The notes beneath the pieces were generated by a model that did not search any database, was not told the DNA's origin, and saw only the letters and a list, made by a program, of their open reading frames with translations. A program made the position numbers and the translations under genes. From Eledone cirrhosa (lineage: Eukaryota), in NCBI GenBank assembly GCA_964016885.1, contig OZ024745.1:83514001-83578000 (forward strand): 64,000 bases of DNA. Reading direction: 5' to 3'. Below, in pieces: positions 1 through 13,359 of this stretch. Position 1 is the stretch's first letter. The number at the start of each line of letters is the position of its first letter.

Positions 1-138
1 AAACATAACGATAACCCGAATGTTATAACAAAAGAGGATGCTGGGGATAAAAACTGCACTGGTTATTTATTAACAAAGATCGAAAATGTAAACACTGCAA
101 CGCAGAGAAAAACATTAGCGTAACCAAATTATCAGTTA

Positions 139-304
139 TGTCTGTCTGCACGCCTATATCACCTCTCTGCACGACTGTCTGTCTGCACGCCTATATCACC
201 TCTCTGCACGACTGTCTGTCTGCACGCCTATATCACCTCTCTGCACGACTGTCTGTCTGCACGCGTATATCACCTCTCTGCACGACTGTCTGTCTGCACG
301 CCTA
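139..304. repeat. 37-bp minisatellite, ~4.5 head-to-tail copies
   Basis: Unit TGTCTGTCTGCACGCCTATATCACCTCTCTGCACGAC starts at 139, 176, 213, 250, 287; no spacers. Confidence 0.95.
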
Positions 305-639
305 ACGAAATTTATATAATTTTTGCTTTTCTTTACGAAATATTTGCTTGTTTTACGTAGTCTTTAAATAGACTTGTTTTCAAGTAAAAATATTGTTTTA
401 AAATGCTTTTAAATGGAAATTAAGCAAAACGGAAGCTTAGTGTTCGAACTGATGAATTTTGCAGGTCAATATTTTGCTGGCTCGACAACTGTTCGTGTAT
501 TGTGTTAATGTCATTTTAAACGCTGAGAAAGCCAGCGTATTTTTTTACGTAAGACGCTCAATGTAAACAGAACAAAGGGAAATAACTGATAACTTACGCT
601 CAAAAATCGATACATTATATTCGATTTCGTCACATAGGG

Positions 640-793
640 TGGGTCAATTTGAAATATTTTTTTTCCGATGTCTTCGCTAGGGCTCAATGTACAAGTATAG
701 CAATTTCTGTGCAATTCCGTGAGAGATTCTAAGAGGAGATGTGTGCCAAAATCGATAGACAGACAGACAACCACAGTTTTATATATATAGATT
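640..793 (+). mobile_element. Possible terminus of a non-autonomous Helitron/Helentron-like element
   Basis: Ends in (AGAC)n followed by TTTTATATATATAGATT, a terminal pattern typical of such elements. No coding support. Confidence 0.25.
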
Positions 794-929
794 AACTACA
801 GACATGAGCACTAATAATATGCAAATCAGAACGACCGTATCAATATACTGTGATTGGCCATATAAGTCTTTCCATATAGATCATAAACACACCGTATAGT
901 GAGAGCGCGATCGTGTGCAAATATTAAAT

Positions 930-2812
930 TCAGGAAAGTCAACATACCTTTCCAAACGGACTTAAAGGAGAAACTTCTGAAAATGAAAAGTTTCCCGTAC
1001 ACCCACGTCCCTTCAGACAAAACAAAAAATACTTATACGGTTATTCCCGACACCTACAACAAGCTTGCTGATAATGCCATCACAGCAAAGTACAAAAAAG
1101 TTGATGACACTACTTTGACTGAAATCAACTTAGCCGGAAAGAAGATCGCCACTTCCCTTAAACTGGAAGACCGGACAGAACCTCTGAGGGTAAAGTCCCC
1201 ACACTTCACCCTGAAAGACCACAAGAACAACTTTGATAATAAACCGTCGGTCCGGCTGATTAACTCGACCAAGTCTGACATAGGATCCGTCAGTAAGAAG
1301 ATCTTGGACAGGATTCTACCTAGACTACGTGCTGCCTCACCCCTCCCACTCTTGAATAGGACATCCGAGGCAATCACATGGTTCCGGGATTTGCCCGAAA
1401 AAAGCAACACCCGTTTCCTGCAGCTAGACATCGAGGACTATTACGCCTCCATATCAGAGAGCCTGCTGATTGACGCGATTAACTTCGCCAGGAACTTTAC
1501 CACCATCACCGAAGCCGAGCAGGATGTGATCCTCCATGCACGTAAGACTTTTCTTTACTATGACAGATCCTACTGGATCAACAACAAATCTGAGACCCCC
1601 TTCGACGTTAGCATGGGTGTTAGCGACTCGGCTGAAATAAGTGACCTTGTGGGTCTGTTCATCCTCCACAGGTTGAAGACCCTCTTCACAGGCCTCTCCG
1701 GCGGTCTCTACCGAGATTACGGCCTCTTTGCCCTCCACAAAATCAACCCCAGGACGACGGATGGGTTCAGGAAAAAGCTTTACACCTTCTTTAAAAAACT
1801 TAGGGCTTAGGATTACCTTAGATTCGAACTTAACTAAAGCTAACTTCCTAGACGTTACCCTCGACTTAGAAACTTCCCTTTACTACCCGTACTACAAACC
1901 TAATGAATCCCTTAGATATATAGACGTTAATTCTAGCCACCCCAAAAATATATTAGACAACCTAGTGAAAAGTGTCTCCATTAGGATATCTAGCCTCGCC
2001 GCCAATGAAGATATCTTTAGAGCAGCAGCCCCCTACTACAACGAGACCCTGGCCCGCAGCGGCTTTAGAGATAAGATCACCTACCTCAGTATAGCCCCAC
2101 GCCCACCCAGGAAGAATAGGCGAAGGCACATTAGCTGGTACAACCCCCCTTCAACCACGAAGTTTCAACACCTGTAGCTAAAATTTTCTTCACTCTCTTA
2201 CAAAAACACTTCCCCACCCAACATAGGTACTATACAATCCTTAATAAGAATACCATCAGACTCTCCTACTCTACCACACCTAATCTAGCTAGGAACTTAG
2301 CCAACAATAACGTCAATAAGCTAAATAATTCTACCTTTTCCGAAGCCCATCCAGCAACCGATGGCAATTGCAATTGCCCTGATAAGACTACTTGCCCCCT
2401 CAACAACAACTGTCTAAAAAAAGATCTCGTCTATTTATGCGATGTACTCTCAGGCCCCGATGAAAAAAGAAACTCGTACATCGGGATGACTTCTAACAGT
2501 TTTAAGACTCACTGGTACGCCCACAAATATTCGTTCCGGCGCCCAGACAAATCTAACCAAACAACACTCGCCGCCCACATCTGGCACCTTAAAAAGAACT
2601 CCATCCCCTTCAAGACCCAATGGAGACTACTCCAGAGAGCGCGATCTTACACGGGAGGCCATAATTGCTGTGACCTCTGTATCTCCGAGAGCTATGAGAT
2701 TCTATTCGCCAAAGGGCCTCTCCTCAACAAGATCTCGGAACACTCCCCTAATTGCATGCACAAGAACTATGCAAATTACAAAAACTACAGACCCACCCGG
2801 CCCCCCGATTGA
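930..2812 (+). mobile_element. Penelope-like element (RT + C-terminal GIY-YIG endonuclease), 5'-truncated and frameshifted; resembles the YRDD-type 'Hydra' clade
   Basis: ORFs 899-1810, 1728-2177 and 2486-2812 join into one protein: KPSVRLIN, LDIEDYYASI (motif A), DVSMGVSDSAE, GLYRDYGL (YRDD with D>Y), NFLDVTLDL, WYNPP, CNCPDKTTCPL linker, LVY..SYIGMT (GIY-YIG), CDLCISE, LLNK..CMH. Confidence 0.9.
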
Positions 2813-3205
2813 CCCCCCCCCCATATCACCACCCACCCCCATCCCCATCCCCCATCCCACTTCCGTCCCTCCATCTCTCATTATTACCTTCTTTCCTCCC
2901 CTCCAGGTCTTTATATTGTGTCGTATGCCTCTGAGTAAGGTTCCGTGGCCGCACACATACATTCACGTATATATCTGCCCATGCTTGCATTCGTGCAGTT
3001 ATGAACTGCTACACGCACACGTTCGAGATTTATTTATTTATTTATTTATTTGTTTATTTGTTCATCTGTTTGTTTGTTTGTTTGTTAGTTAATTCATTTA
3101 TTTATTATTTAATAAGTGAATTATTAAATAATAAATAGATTAAAGATAAAAGATAGGCAATAAATAGTGAATGGTAAATAATAAATAATAATTATTTACT
3201 TGATG

Positions 3206-3380
3206 ATAATTGTTTCTACTTTAGGCACAAGGCCAGCAATTACCCAGTGCATTACTGGTACTTTATTTTATCGACCCCGTAAGGATGAAAGGCAAAGTCA
3301 ACCTCGGCGGGATTTGAACTCAGATCGTAAAGGGACGTAACTATGCTGGAAAGCATGGCGTCCGACCCTCTACCGATACT
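3206..3380 (-). mobile_element. tRNA-derived SINE (family 1)
   Basis: Reverse complement of the ~185-bp repeat with B-box GAGTTCAAATCC, core GCCTTTCATCCTTACGGGGTCGATAAA and 3' end GTAGAAACAATTATT. Confidence 0.9.
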
Positions 3381-3429
3381 AATCTTTTATCAGGCTCAGT
3401 TTATAATTTGTCCCACTACTTTTTCCCAA

Positions 3430-3529
3430 TATATATAGATACATATATGTGTGTGAACGAGTGCGTGTATGTGTATATGTGTATATGTGTATGTATTTGT
3501 ATGTGTGTATGTGTATATATATGTGTATA

Positions 3530-3578
<49 letters not shown>

Positions 3579-3666
3579 ATGTATGTGTTTGTGTGTATGT
3601 ATGTGTATGTATGTGTGTGTATATGCATGTATATGTATGTATAGAATAGTTTATACCGAGATACAT

Positions 3667-3714
<48 letters not shown>

Positions 3715-3860
3715 ATGTATATATGTGTGTGTATGTGTATGCCTGTGTGTGTATATGTGTGTGTATGTGCTCTTTTGTGTGTGTATATATATATATATGT
3801 ATAGATATACATATATATGTGTGTGTAAGTGTTTATGTATGTGGTTGTGAGTATGTAAAT
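3430..3860. repeat. Compound (TA)n/(TG)n microsatellite field
   Basis: Directly visible; source of the YI/VC/HT-repeat spurious ORFs. Similar fields at 9130-9260, 10988-11140, 24730-25040, 27995-28220, 41270-41395. Confidence 0.95.
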
Positions 3861-4298
3861 ATATTTTATTCTTTTCATTCTACAAAAACACTCTGGCCAC
3901 CTGTAGCTTGTATGTTAACTTGACCACTCACCATAGAACAATGGTCTGTGCCATGATTCGGTCTTGTTTATCTTCTAATACCAACCCACCTAAATAAAAA
4001 AATTTCCCTACTATATATCTGTTGAATTACTATTCTTGGGGTTTTTATTTATTTTTATTTATTTATTTATTTATTTATTTACTTTTTCTTTTTCTTTTTC
4101 TTTTTCTTTTTCTTTTTCTTTTTCTTTTTCATTTTCTTTTTATTTTACAAAAGCACTCCGGCTAATTGACCACTCCCCAAAGAAAAAACGGTCTGTGCCA
4201 TGTTATGCTCCTGTGTATCTAAATATCCCCCCCCCCAGCCACCAACCCTCCCTTACCACTACCTAAATGTATAAATACCAGAACTTAATATGACACCC

Positions 4299-4349
4299 AG
4301 CTTCCTGAAGATTTCATCTGAATGAAACAGTTCTAGTCCTGTAGAAGCT
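4299..4349 (+). ncRNA. Type I hammerhead ribozyme motif
   Basis: Stem I AGCTTC/GAAGCT; core CTGAAGA; stem II TTCA/TGAA; GAAA; stem III CAG/CTG; GUA cleavage triplet. Followed by AATAAA and (TA)n. Confidence 0.8.
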
Positions 4350-4447
4350 CCTTCTATACAATAAATAAATATATATATATATATATATAAAATAATTAAG
4401 TCGAATATGTAAAATTTGGCTTCGTTCATTATAAATTATAGAGATAC

Positions 4448-4500
4448 TGCTATATATATATTTCAGTGACAGCCATCATTGGCTGTGACCTCTTCAGGCA
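4448..4500 (-). ncRNA. Minimal type I hammerhead ribozyme motif
   Basis: Minus strand reads TGC-CTGAAGA-GGTCACAGCCA atga TGGCTGTCACT-GAAA-TATATATATA-GCA: long stem II, palindromic (TA)n stem III, AUA triplet. Confidence 0.75.
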
Positions 4501-4736
4501 TCCGAATTGGTGTGGGAAAGACAGGTACACATGTTGTTGAAGTGTGTTTTACTCCGTCAATACATCGATATGTCCAGCTCCTGGTTGTGTTGTTATTCTT
4601 CTGAGGAACTGGAATCATATAATATATATATGGCGCCAGTTCTTTGGATTAACAACACCGCTTTTGGGATCTGGTCAAATCAAAGAATTAACAAGGTAAA
4701 CTCTATTCCACCATTGTTTCCCTGTTTTTTTTTCTA

Positions 4737-4795
4737 GTTGTCTGATGAGGTATTAGATATTGAATTATGGTTATCACCGAAATATATATTGCAGC
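4737..4795 (+). ncRNA. Degenerate minimal hammerhead motif
   Basis: GTTGT-CTGATGA-GGT...ACC-GAAA-TATATATT-GCAGC; diverged inverted partner of 4448-4500. Confidence 0.6.
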
Positions 4796-4851
4796 GAATA
4801 TGAATAAACGAAGTTACTTATAACCTGTTAACTTACACTTCTTGTTTTATT

Positions 4852-4915
<64 letters not shown>

Positions 4916-4917
4916 TG

Positions 4918-5020
4918 AGCTAGGCTCATTAAAAACCTTAAATTAACCAACATTAAACACTCAGTAACATGGGATATCTTGGCTAGGGCCCAACCGTTCA
5001 ATCGACAAATAAACTCTTAG
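4918..5020 (+). mobile_element. Short PLE endonuclease C-terminal fragment
   Basis: Translates LIKNLKLTNIKHSVTWDILARAQPFN, similar to IWHLKKNSIPFKTQWRLLQRARSY of the PLE at 2486-2812; starts at a (TA)n run. Confidence 0.5.
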
Positions 5021-6071
5021 AACGGAGGTAACTATTAGCTGTCAACATCGAAGGGCTGATTCAACAGAATATTTGACCCAAGTCATCTAGCCCCATTTTT
5101 ACTTGTAGCTAATAAGTTAAATAGTTATAGCTAACTTAGATAATTATAAGTTACCTCCCTTACATTGTCTCTCAATTTAAAAATTAGCCCTTCTTAACTA
5201 TAAACTACCCACAATTTCTAATTTCTCGAGGAGTTACTTCCCCTGAAACCACCCTCTAATTAGTAAAGTAAATATGTCCACTGGCGGCAATCTTGTTACG
5301 CATATGCAGATCTCACACAATGCAGCCTCGTCAGAAGAATACTGCTCGACTATGGCAGACAATAGTGAAATACCAATATATGGAACATTACAGTCATGTA
5401 ACATTCTTTCCTTATTTTAATTTATATTCCTTTTGAAATTCCGATAAGCTGCTCTAATTTTAACTAAGTTAATTATTTTCAACTGAACCAGATCAATAAT
5501 GATCTATAATCATTTGATCCAGAAATATTATATGGAGTAGCGAAACAATTGTAAACGGACATTATTATTAAAGTACCAGTAATGCACTGGGTAATTGCTG
5601 GCCTTGTGCCTAAAGTAGAAACAATTATTATTATTAATATTATTATTATTATTCTCTACATTGCTTACATCAAACTAAAATATGTTGACAATCTTTTAAT
5701 AATGTCTTCCTTGTGAAATTTGTAGTTTTGTTTTGCTTAACTAATGAATATATATATATATATATAATTCGGCCGGAGATTTACATTCCTATTTGCCCTT
5801 TAAAGCATAACTTTCTGTATTTACTGCGGTTATGAGATGCGGTTCTTATTCGGGTACAACTTCTGATTTTAGCCTAAGAAAATATCTATATGCGTGTGTA
5901 ATTTATACACGCATATATTTATTTTTTTTATTTTCAATTGAGTTCTTAACACGTTGGATTGATAATGTTTTCGAAAAAACTAATTAACCCGCGTGTATAT
6001 TATTATTTTTTTCCTCCTTTCGTGGATCGTAGTTGTCTCCCCTTCCCGCTTCGTGTCGCTATGATACATCC

Positions 6072-6161
6072 TCAGTCAAAAACTGCTGGAATTTCAAATT
6101 TGGCGGTCATTCGAAGCGAGAAGGAGCAACTTAACAGACACGATTTTTGACTGCGGTAAGA
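6072..6161 (+). promoter_or_regulatory. Candidate initiator plus short non-coding first exon
   Basis: TCAGTC Inr-like motif at 6072 in a locally CpG-richer unique stretch; donor-like GCG|GTAAGA at 6156. Motif evidence only. Confidence 0.2.
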
Positions 6162-6519
6162 ATTTCTTTCTTATATCAAAGTTTAATGGGCTTCCACTGA
6201 TGATTTATAAGCGCCCACCTAAATATATTCTTACATGAATATATATTAGGCTTCTACATAAACTGGAAATATTCTCCCAACTTGTAGAAAACTTATAATG
6301 AAACAATTGTTTGGAAAGAGAGATATACTTTAACTTTAATTATATCTCATAAAATAATACAACTGGTTTTTCCACATTATACATATTGTTAGCACCCCAA
6401 ACACTTAAATTGGGTTTATATTTAAATATAACCTAATGTTTGTTGATTGAGATGGTTACCAGTCAGATTTTAGCTTTAAACTATCTCTGTTATTGTATTA
6501 AATATATATATATATACAT

Positions 6520-6585
<66 letters not shown>

Positions 6586-6715
6586 AGAGAGATTGAGCCG
6601 ACAAAAGTTATAAGTATGATCTTTTTAAGAAGAGAAGGGGAAACTTGACGAAAAATAAAGAATAATAGATGTTCATGTATTGTGTGTTTATAATACACCA
6701 GTTGAAAATGTCGGT

Positions 6716-7622
6716 CGTATATATATATATTCAAAATTAAATTAAATTAATTTAAGGGTGTCATGTCAGAGAGGCATGGACCATATCCACTGTAGAATAT
6801 GCTCCAAGATTCCAATGAATAGATCCGAGCATTTCATATTAAATAGAAATTGATTGACATATACATATATATCTAAAATAAACATCTGAAACAATCACAG
6901 GGAATAATTTCTAAAAGTGTGTAAGCACACATAGCTATCTAGGTAACTAACTAAAGTTTAACTAGAACTTTTAAAATAGATACCATATAAATGGATTAAT
7001 CTTCCTTGCATATATTTCATTAAAGAAATATATTTCACCATCAATCTTTCGGTAAACCACAGTAGCCAAATCTCGAATTTTCAACAAGGACGAAGACTTA
7101 ACTATCTGTGTTTACACAGCAAATCCAAATCTGCGAATTGCCAGTAGCACGTGTTGCACTTATCAAAAATACACACATCGTACCAGCTTCATCTCAGTGG
7201 CGTGAATAGGGTTATCGACAACTAGAAATAGCAGTCGAGTCTTTCAACTGAGTTAGCTCAACAATTAAGGGGCCGTATATATATATTCAAAATTAAATTA
7301 AATTAATTTAAGGGTGTTTTATCAGAGAAACGTGCACCATATCCACCGTAGAATATGCTCCAAGATTCCAATGAATAGATCCGAGCATTTTATATTATCT
7401 AGAAATTGATTGACATATAAATATATCTAAAATAAACATGAAACAATCAGGGAATAATTTCTAAAAGTGTGTAAGCACACATAGCTATGTAGGTAACTAA
7501 TTAAAGTTTAACTAGAACTTTTAAGATAGATACCTTATACATGGATTAATCTTCCTTGTATATATTTCATTAAAGAAATATATTTCACCATCAATCTTTC
7601 TTTAAACCACAGTAGCCAAATC
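6716..7622. repeat. ~355-bp direct repeat pair (6716-7072, 7274-7622) around a ~200-bp spacer
   Basis: Both copies run from CGTATATATATATTCAAAATTAAA to AAACCACAGTAGCCAAATC with scattered substitutions. Confidence 0.9.
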
Positions 7623-9131
7623 CCTAGTTAATATAAAATGCTCGAGTAGTATATATATATATATATATATGCGCGTGTGTGTGAGTGTGTGTGTATGTGT
7701 GCGTGTGTATATGTATGTATGTCTATGTATGTATGTGTGTGTATGTGTGTATAAATATAATATGCGTGGGTGTGTATGAGCTGATTTTCCTGCTATTAAT
7801 TTCAATTCTTCCACAACAGTGTCGACTATGTTAATAACAATAAATACTGTGCATATTAGCCCCAAACATCGTATCGACGAGATTGAAAACAGAAAATCGT
7901 GACATTCATAAAACCAATGCAATGAGTATGGAGTAGAAACACTATAAACACTATTAACTCTCATTCACCTACTTTAACATGAACTCACTGTTTACAGTAA
8001 ACTATGAGGCGTGTATCTATGTGACATGAATTCAAGCTGAGAATCGAGTCCAATTCGCAAATTGTTTTTATTTCAATGGCTTTGTAAACCTGAAGGCAAT
8101 GTAAATTCTAGTAGAATTTGAATTCAGAAAATGAAATACTTTGGGGAATTTAATTTAATGCTCTACTAATCTTTCCTCATGTTCTGTTTAGATAATTTTA
8201 TTTATCAATTGAATAATAGGACGCAGGCTTGCCTAATTAGTTAAGAGTTGTTTTCCAGAATCTCACGCCTACCTCTTCTTAGTTAAAACCCGTAGCTTTA
8301 ACATGGACCTCTATCTAGAACCCATTTTAGGCGTCCTACTAGTTACGGAGGAATATTTTCAACCACGTTTGCACTGCATCAATTCCAAGCAACCAATCTT
8401 TTCCTTCTTTGATTTCCTATTTTATTCATAGCCAGCGAATTGATAGAGTCATTAGAACGTTGAATAGAATGCTTTGCAGTATTTGTTCCGGTTCATTTTG
8501 TTTTGAGTTCAAATCTCACCTAGGTCAACACTGCCTTCCATTCTTTCTTGGTCGATAAAAATATCAATCTGATACTTGTGTCGATTCTTCCTCTATATCT
8601 CTTTTATACTTCCTCTTCTACTTTCTCACTCTCCTTTTCTGGAAATTAGATGTGTTCCTATCTAAATACAGGTGGTCTCTGCCAGGTGTAAAGTTTCCAA
8701 GACACCTTCTTTATTTTGACAGCCTCCCTCCTGATCCACCCAAAATGCATAGATATCTACATTCTTAATTTTACTTACTTCCTTGTTTACTCGCACCTTC
8801 TCCCCCCCCCCCATCTCTCTCTAAGAACGTTAGGTTAATAGCATTCTCCGTGTTGTATTATCCGTGAATGGATATTTTATCGTTTTTTCGACAGTTGTTG
8901 AGCTTGCACACACATACACACACAGAGAAATATCTCCATCGATATTCATCTTTCTATCTTTCTATCTAGGTAGTATCTCTCTCTCTCTTAAAAAAATATA
9001 TATATATATATATCCGTGTGTAGACGGAAACTAAAAGACAATCGCATATGTATGTGCGTATATGTGTGTGTGAGTTTGTGCCAGTCTATGTTAATATTGA
9101 CTATAAATTATATGTCCCCTAGCTTATATAC

Positions 9132-9236
<105 letters not shown>

Positions 9237-9932
9237 TGTGTGTGTGCGCGTGTGTGTGTCTGATTTGATTCCACAAAGTTTCCGTTTACTAAATTCCTGT
9301 CAGATTGTATTAAACAACTGGAAGTTATGGGATGAGTCTCTTAGCCAAAGTACTATGTAGTGGGATCGAACTAGGAATCCTATTCGTAATTATACCTCTT
9401 GAAATGTAAATGTAAAACTTTCATAAATTAGGAAACTTCATGCCAATGTATGAAATCACAATTAATAGTTTCGTCGACAATCTTTGCTTTCATGTATATC
9501 ACGATTTTCTATTTCCTTTCATGTCAGGGTGTGTCCTGAATGTAATATTTAAAGACTTTAATATAGTTGTTATCGGAAGCACTGAAATTAATAGAAGACG
9601 CACCTTGTGTCTCTTAATATAATGTTGCCGAAGGAAATTAGCTTCAACGATAATGTATTCAGCTTGAATTATTTGCTTAGTCGTTATTGAATTCGATAAA
9701 GTCACAGTTTACAATATTTAATGATAGCTATAATGAGGACGTTAACGTGAATATTATTAAATACGCAATCAAATACTCAAGGGCGTGATTCTAGAACTCG
9801 TGTGTCTGTATTTAAATTAAATAAATATATAATTTTTAAAAATTACCTACTGAATCGCTTAATTAAATTAAAATTTCAAAATCTGCTGACATTAAGTAAC
9901 TATGTTATTCGTATTATACATACACACACACT

Positions 9933-9960
<28 letters not shown>

Positions 9961-9963
<3 letters not shown>

Positions 9964-10988
9964 CAAATTTAGACGAGAACAAAACCGAGAGGCAGACAAA
10001 TAATGGTTTATTAGGTTCACGCTCTTAAGAGTGGGGGATTTGGGGACGACGTTTCAGGCATAAACCCTTCTTCAGGATAAATAGGTTAGGAAGAGAGTTC
10101 CGAGGGTGTGTAGAAATACATTTAGAAAAAAGGAGGAAGGAGGACAAATAAAAATAAAAATAAATGTAAAAATAAACATGAGAATAAACAATAAGGCGAA
10201 CAAGTGGTGGAAGGGTGTGAGGCGTGTAACGGTGGTGGAGGGTGGAGTTGGGCGAGAGAGGCAGAGAGAGAGAGGGAGGGAAGAAGTGTTGGGGACGGAG
10301 GAGGGAATGTAGTGGACTGGTGTGTGCGTGCGTGTTTGGATGTGTGTGAGTGTGGTAAAGGTGGTGTTAGTCGGTGTTAGTATTACATGTGGTGGGGAAA
10401 GGGTGGAAAGCGGGTGTGTAAGTGGAGGTTAGTGGTAGTTGGGTGGGTGGTGTAATATAGGTGTGAGTGTGTGTGTGTGATGGTGTGTGTTTGTGTTATG
10501 GGGTGGTCGCAGTGGATGTGTGGGTGAGGGTTAGTGGTGGTAGTAGGGTGTGTGGATAGTGTGAGTGCGTGTATATATGTTCAGGTGTGTGGGTGCGTGT
10601 TGGGGGAGGTGTGGGGATGTTAGTATTGTTAGTTGTGGGATGGGACAAGAAGGTGGGGCGGTGAAAAGGGAAAGTGTGTTAGAGGTGTTAGTGGGGAATG
10701 TGGGCGGAAGGGTGGGCCGTCAAAAGCTAAAGGAATAGGGGAGGGGAGTTTAGACCGGGGGGTGTGTGGGTCTGGAGGGTGAAGATGGTGCGTTGTTCGA
10801 CCGTGAGGCGGGTGGCGGGTGTTCCATGGCATTGGAGTAGGCCACAGACTGAGGTGGTGGGCGGAATGTCCAGGGGAACGAAAGTGGCGGGCGATCGGGG
10901 AACTCCCGCCGAGGCGAATATCCCGGAGGTGTTCCGTTAAACGGTCCTCCAAGCGACGTCCAGTCTGTCCGACGTAGGTTGTGGACAC
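9961..10988 (-). mobile_element. 5'-truncated PLE: GIY-YIG C-terminus plus 3' UTR/pseudo-LTR, inserted in (TA)n
   Basis: [16 protein letters not shown]...PIARHF..PGHS and, after a frameshift, TLQTHTPPGLN; hammerhead motif near the 3' end; (TA)n on both sides. Confidence 0.85.
10044..10079 (-). ncRNA. Minimal hammerhead motif of PLE pseudo-LTR (weak stem I)
   Basis: Minus strand CTGAAGA-AGG gtttatg CCT-GAAA-CGTC, with palindromic ACGT stem III and GUC triplet. Confidence 0.6.
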
Positions 10989-11011
10989 ATATATATATAT
11001 ACATGTATGTT

Positions 11012-11044
<33 letters not shown>

Positions 11045-11054
11045 ATACATGTAT

Positions 11055-11112
<58 letters not shown>

Positions 11113-11273
11113 GTATGTTTATATATATATATATGTATATATGTAAAGTTATATTTAAAATTGTTGGGTTACAACTAGTAAATATTTATAACTGATATAA
11201 AAGCACTCGACAAATATTTGGAGTATATTTACAATATTAAATAAATGGAAAACTATATTTATAAAACCATATT

Positions 11274-11339
11274 TATTTCATCATATATATTTCGGGGATA
11301 TCATATTAACAATATGCTATGCCTTCATCAGACAAAATA
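11274..11339 (-). ncRNA. Degenerate hammerhead motif within a non-coding repeat (~11160-11400)
   Basis: TATTTTGT-CTGATGA-AGG...CCC-GAAA-TATATATG-ATGAAATA; flanks are homologous to 40200-40550. Triplet reads AUG, so probably inactive. Confidence 0.55.
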
Positions 11340-11701
11340 CAATATAAACAGTTTTATAGATAAATATATTCGACATACCGTAATAAACATCAACTTCATT
11401 TGAAGAGGTTTACGCTAGCAGTGAAAATACAGAGAGAAAGAAAGAGAGAAAAAGAAAAGAGGGAAAAACGAAAGAAAGAAAGACAAAACGAAGAAAAGGA
11501 AGAAAAAGAAGAAAAAGAAAAAGAAGAAATGCATGGAACAAAATAGAGAGATGGAAAAATAGATAAAGCGAAGAGCTTCATGTAAAGAGACAGAAAGATA
11601 TATATATATAGAGAGAGAGAGGAAATAGAGATAGATACATATATATATATAGAAAATTAGGTAGTGGGAGGTCATTTTGAGTAAGTGTATCAATGATACA
11701 T

Positions 11702-11736
<35 letters not shown>

Positions 11737-12863
11737 GCTCAAGTATTAATGTAAGGGAGATATATAGAGAGATATAGAGAGATATAGAGAGAGAAAAAAA
11801 TTTAAAAATAGCCAGACATATTCGAGGCGTAGAAAACCCTATGTTTTAATGTATTAGTATTTATATAAAACTTACACTATATTGTAAATATCAGTATTCC
11901 TGAATGAAACAAGTATTCACAATGTGTGAAAATTCATTATCTTATGTTTAGTTTTAAAAAATCTCATATGTCTATGTGACAGCTACAAATCTCAATGTGA
12001 ATCCAACTGATTCACTCCGCAAACTCTAAGTTATCGGAAAACATTCTCAATGTGGTATAAAAATTTGAGCGTATTATTATTCTTGCGATTACTCTACAAG
12101 ATTATCTATCAAGCAGAAATAGAGAGCAGATTTCAATATACTAATCGAAAATATATATTATATTATAAACAAAGATAACAATAATAATAATAATAAGTAA
12201 AAATATATAAAAATATATAAAAATAAGTAAAAATATATAAAAATATAGAATAGAAAACTAAAAAAATATTACGAAAGAATATTACATAATAAAAATATTG
12301 CATATTAAAAATACTACGTATTAAAAAATATTACGTATTTAAGGATTTACAGAAACCCAAGAAGCTAGATTTACCATCTTTCTAGCGGGTCCGGGTATGC
12401 TTTTTACATTCATTTGATTTATTGATTTATTGATATTTTATCTGAGTGTCCCGAATCTTCCAGATCGTAATTTTTCGGTCGTATGGTTGATTTTAGACAT
12501 GTTCTATGTGTGTCGGTATTTTAACGATAGTTATAGCTCTGATTTATCTGAATTATTGAGCCCTCTGCCGCTCATTTCGAATTTTGTTTATCGTGAACTC
12601 GTGCGCCGATTTTTCGATACTCGATTATTCTACTATATATATATATATATATATATAAGTATGTATACGTACATACATATATGTATACAGACGTACAGTA
12701 GTATGTATATATATATACATACATGCACACATATATATATATGTACGTATGGATTCACCGAACATTTATTATAATGCTCGGTGTGTTTGTTAACAAACAT
12801 CCCGTATTAAGCTGTAGTGTCTAGCAACCATCGTTGCTCGTTTGTTCAACACTGACAAAGGAA

Positions 12864-12904
12864 CGCTGTACTAGTTTCAAGCTTATTAGCTATCGTCACC
12901 AATG
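12864..12904 (-). ncRNA. Minimal hammerhead motif (C3>G variant)
   Basis: CATTG-GTGACGA-TAGCT aata AGCTT-GAAA-CTAGTA-CAGCG. Confidence 0.6.
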
Positions 12905-13359
12905 TATACCTTCCTGCCAGATGATTGAACGTCTGAAAGTATATACTTTCCTTATGCATATTAACGGATGAGCAGCCTAATTTGCATATCGAGTGGGTTA
13001 ATCGATGGTTGCTAGACACTAGGGTTTAATACGGGATGTTTGTTTACAAACACACCGCGCATTATATTAAATGTTCGGTGAATCCATACGTACATATATA
13101 TATGTGTGCATGTATGTATATATATATACATACTACTGTACATCTGTATACATATATGTTTGTACGTATACATACTTATATTTAAGTAACAGCCGTACTA
13201 AGAGTGAGAAATGAAATTTCGTTTCATTTTTTCCGTTTATCGTTTTCAATGCACCCGGCCGATTAACCCACTCGATATGCAAATTAGGCTGCTCAGCCGT
13301 TAATATGCATAAGGAAAGTATATACTTTCAGACGTTCAATCATCTGGCAGGAAGTTATA

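Noticed and set aside
139-304. CRISPR-like 37-bp repeats; also TGCACGC metal-response-element cores
   Set aside because: No spacers, no cas genes, eukaryotic context; the MRE match is only 7 bp with no nearby promoter evidence.
3379-3923. Many ORFs of YI/VC/HT repeats (also 9016, 10981, 24611, 27971, 38693-39413, 41035-41477)
   Set aside because: Translations of microsatellites lacking stop codons.
5478-5537. Hammerhead-like layout CTGAACC..GATCAA/TTGATC..GAAA-TATTATA
   Set aside because: Core lacks the conserved GA; at best a dead remnant.
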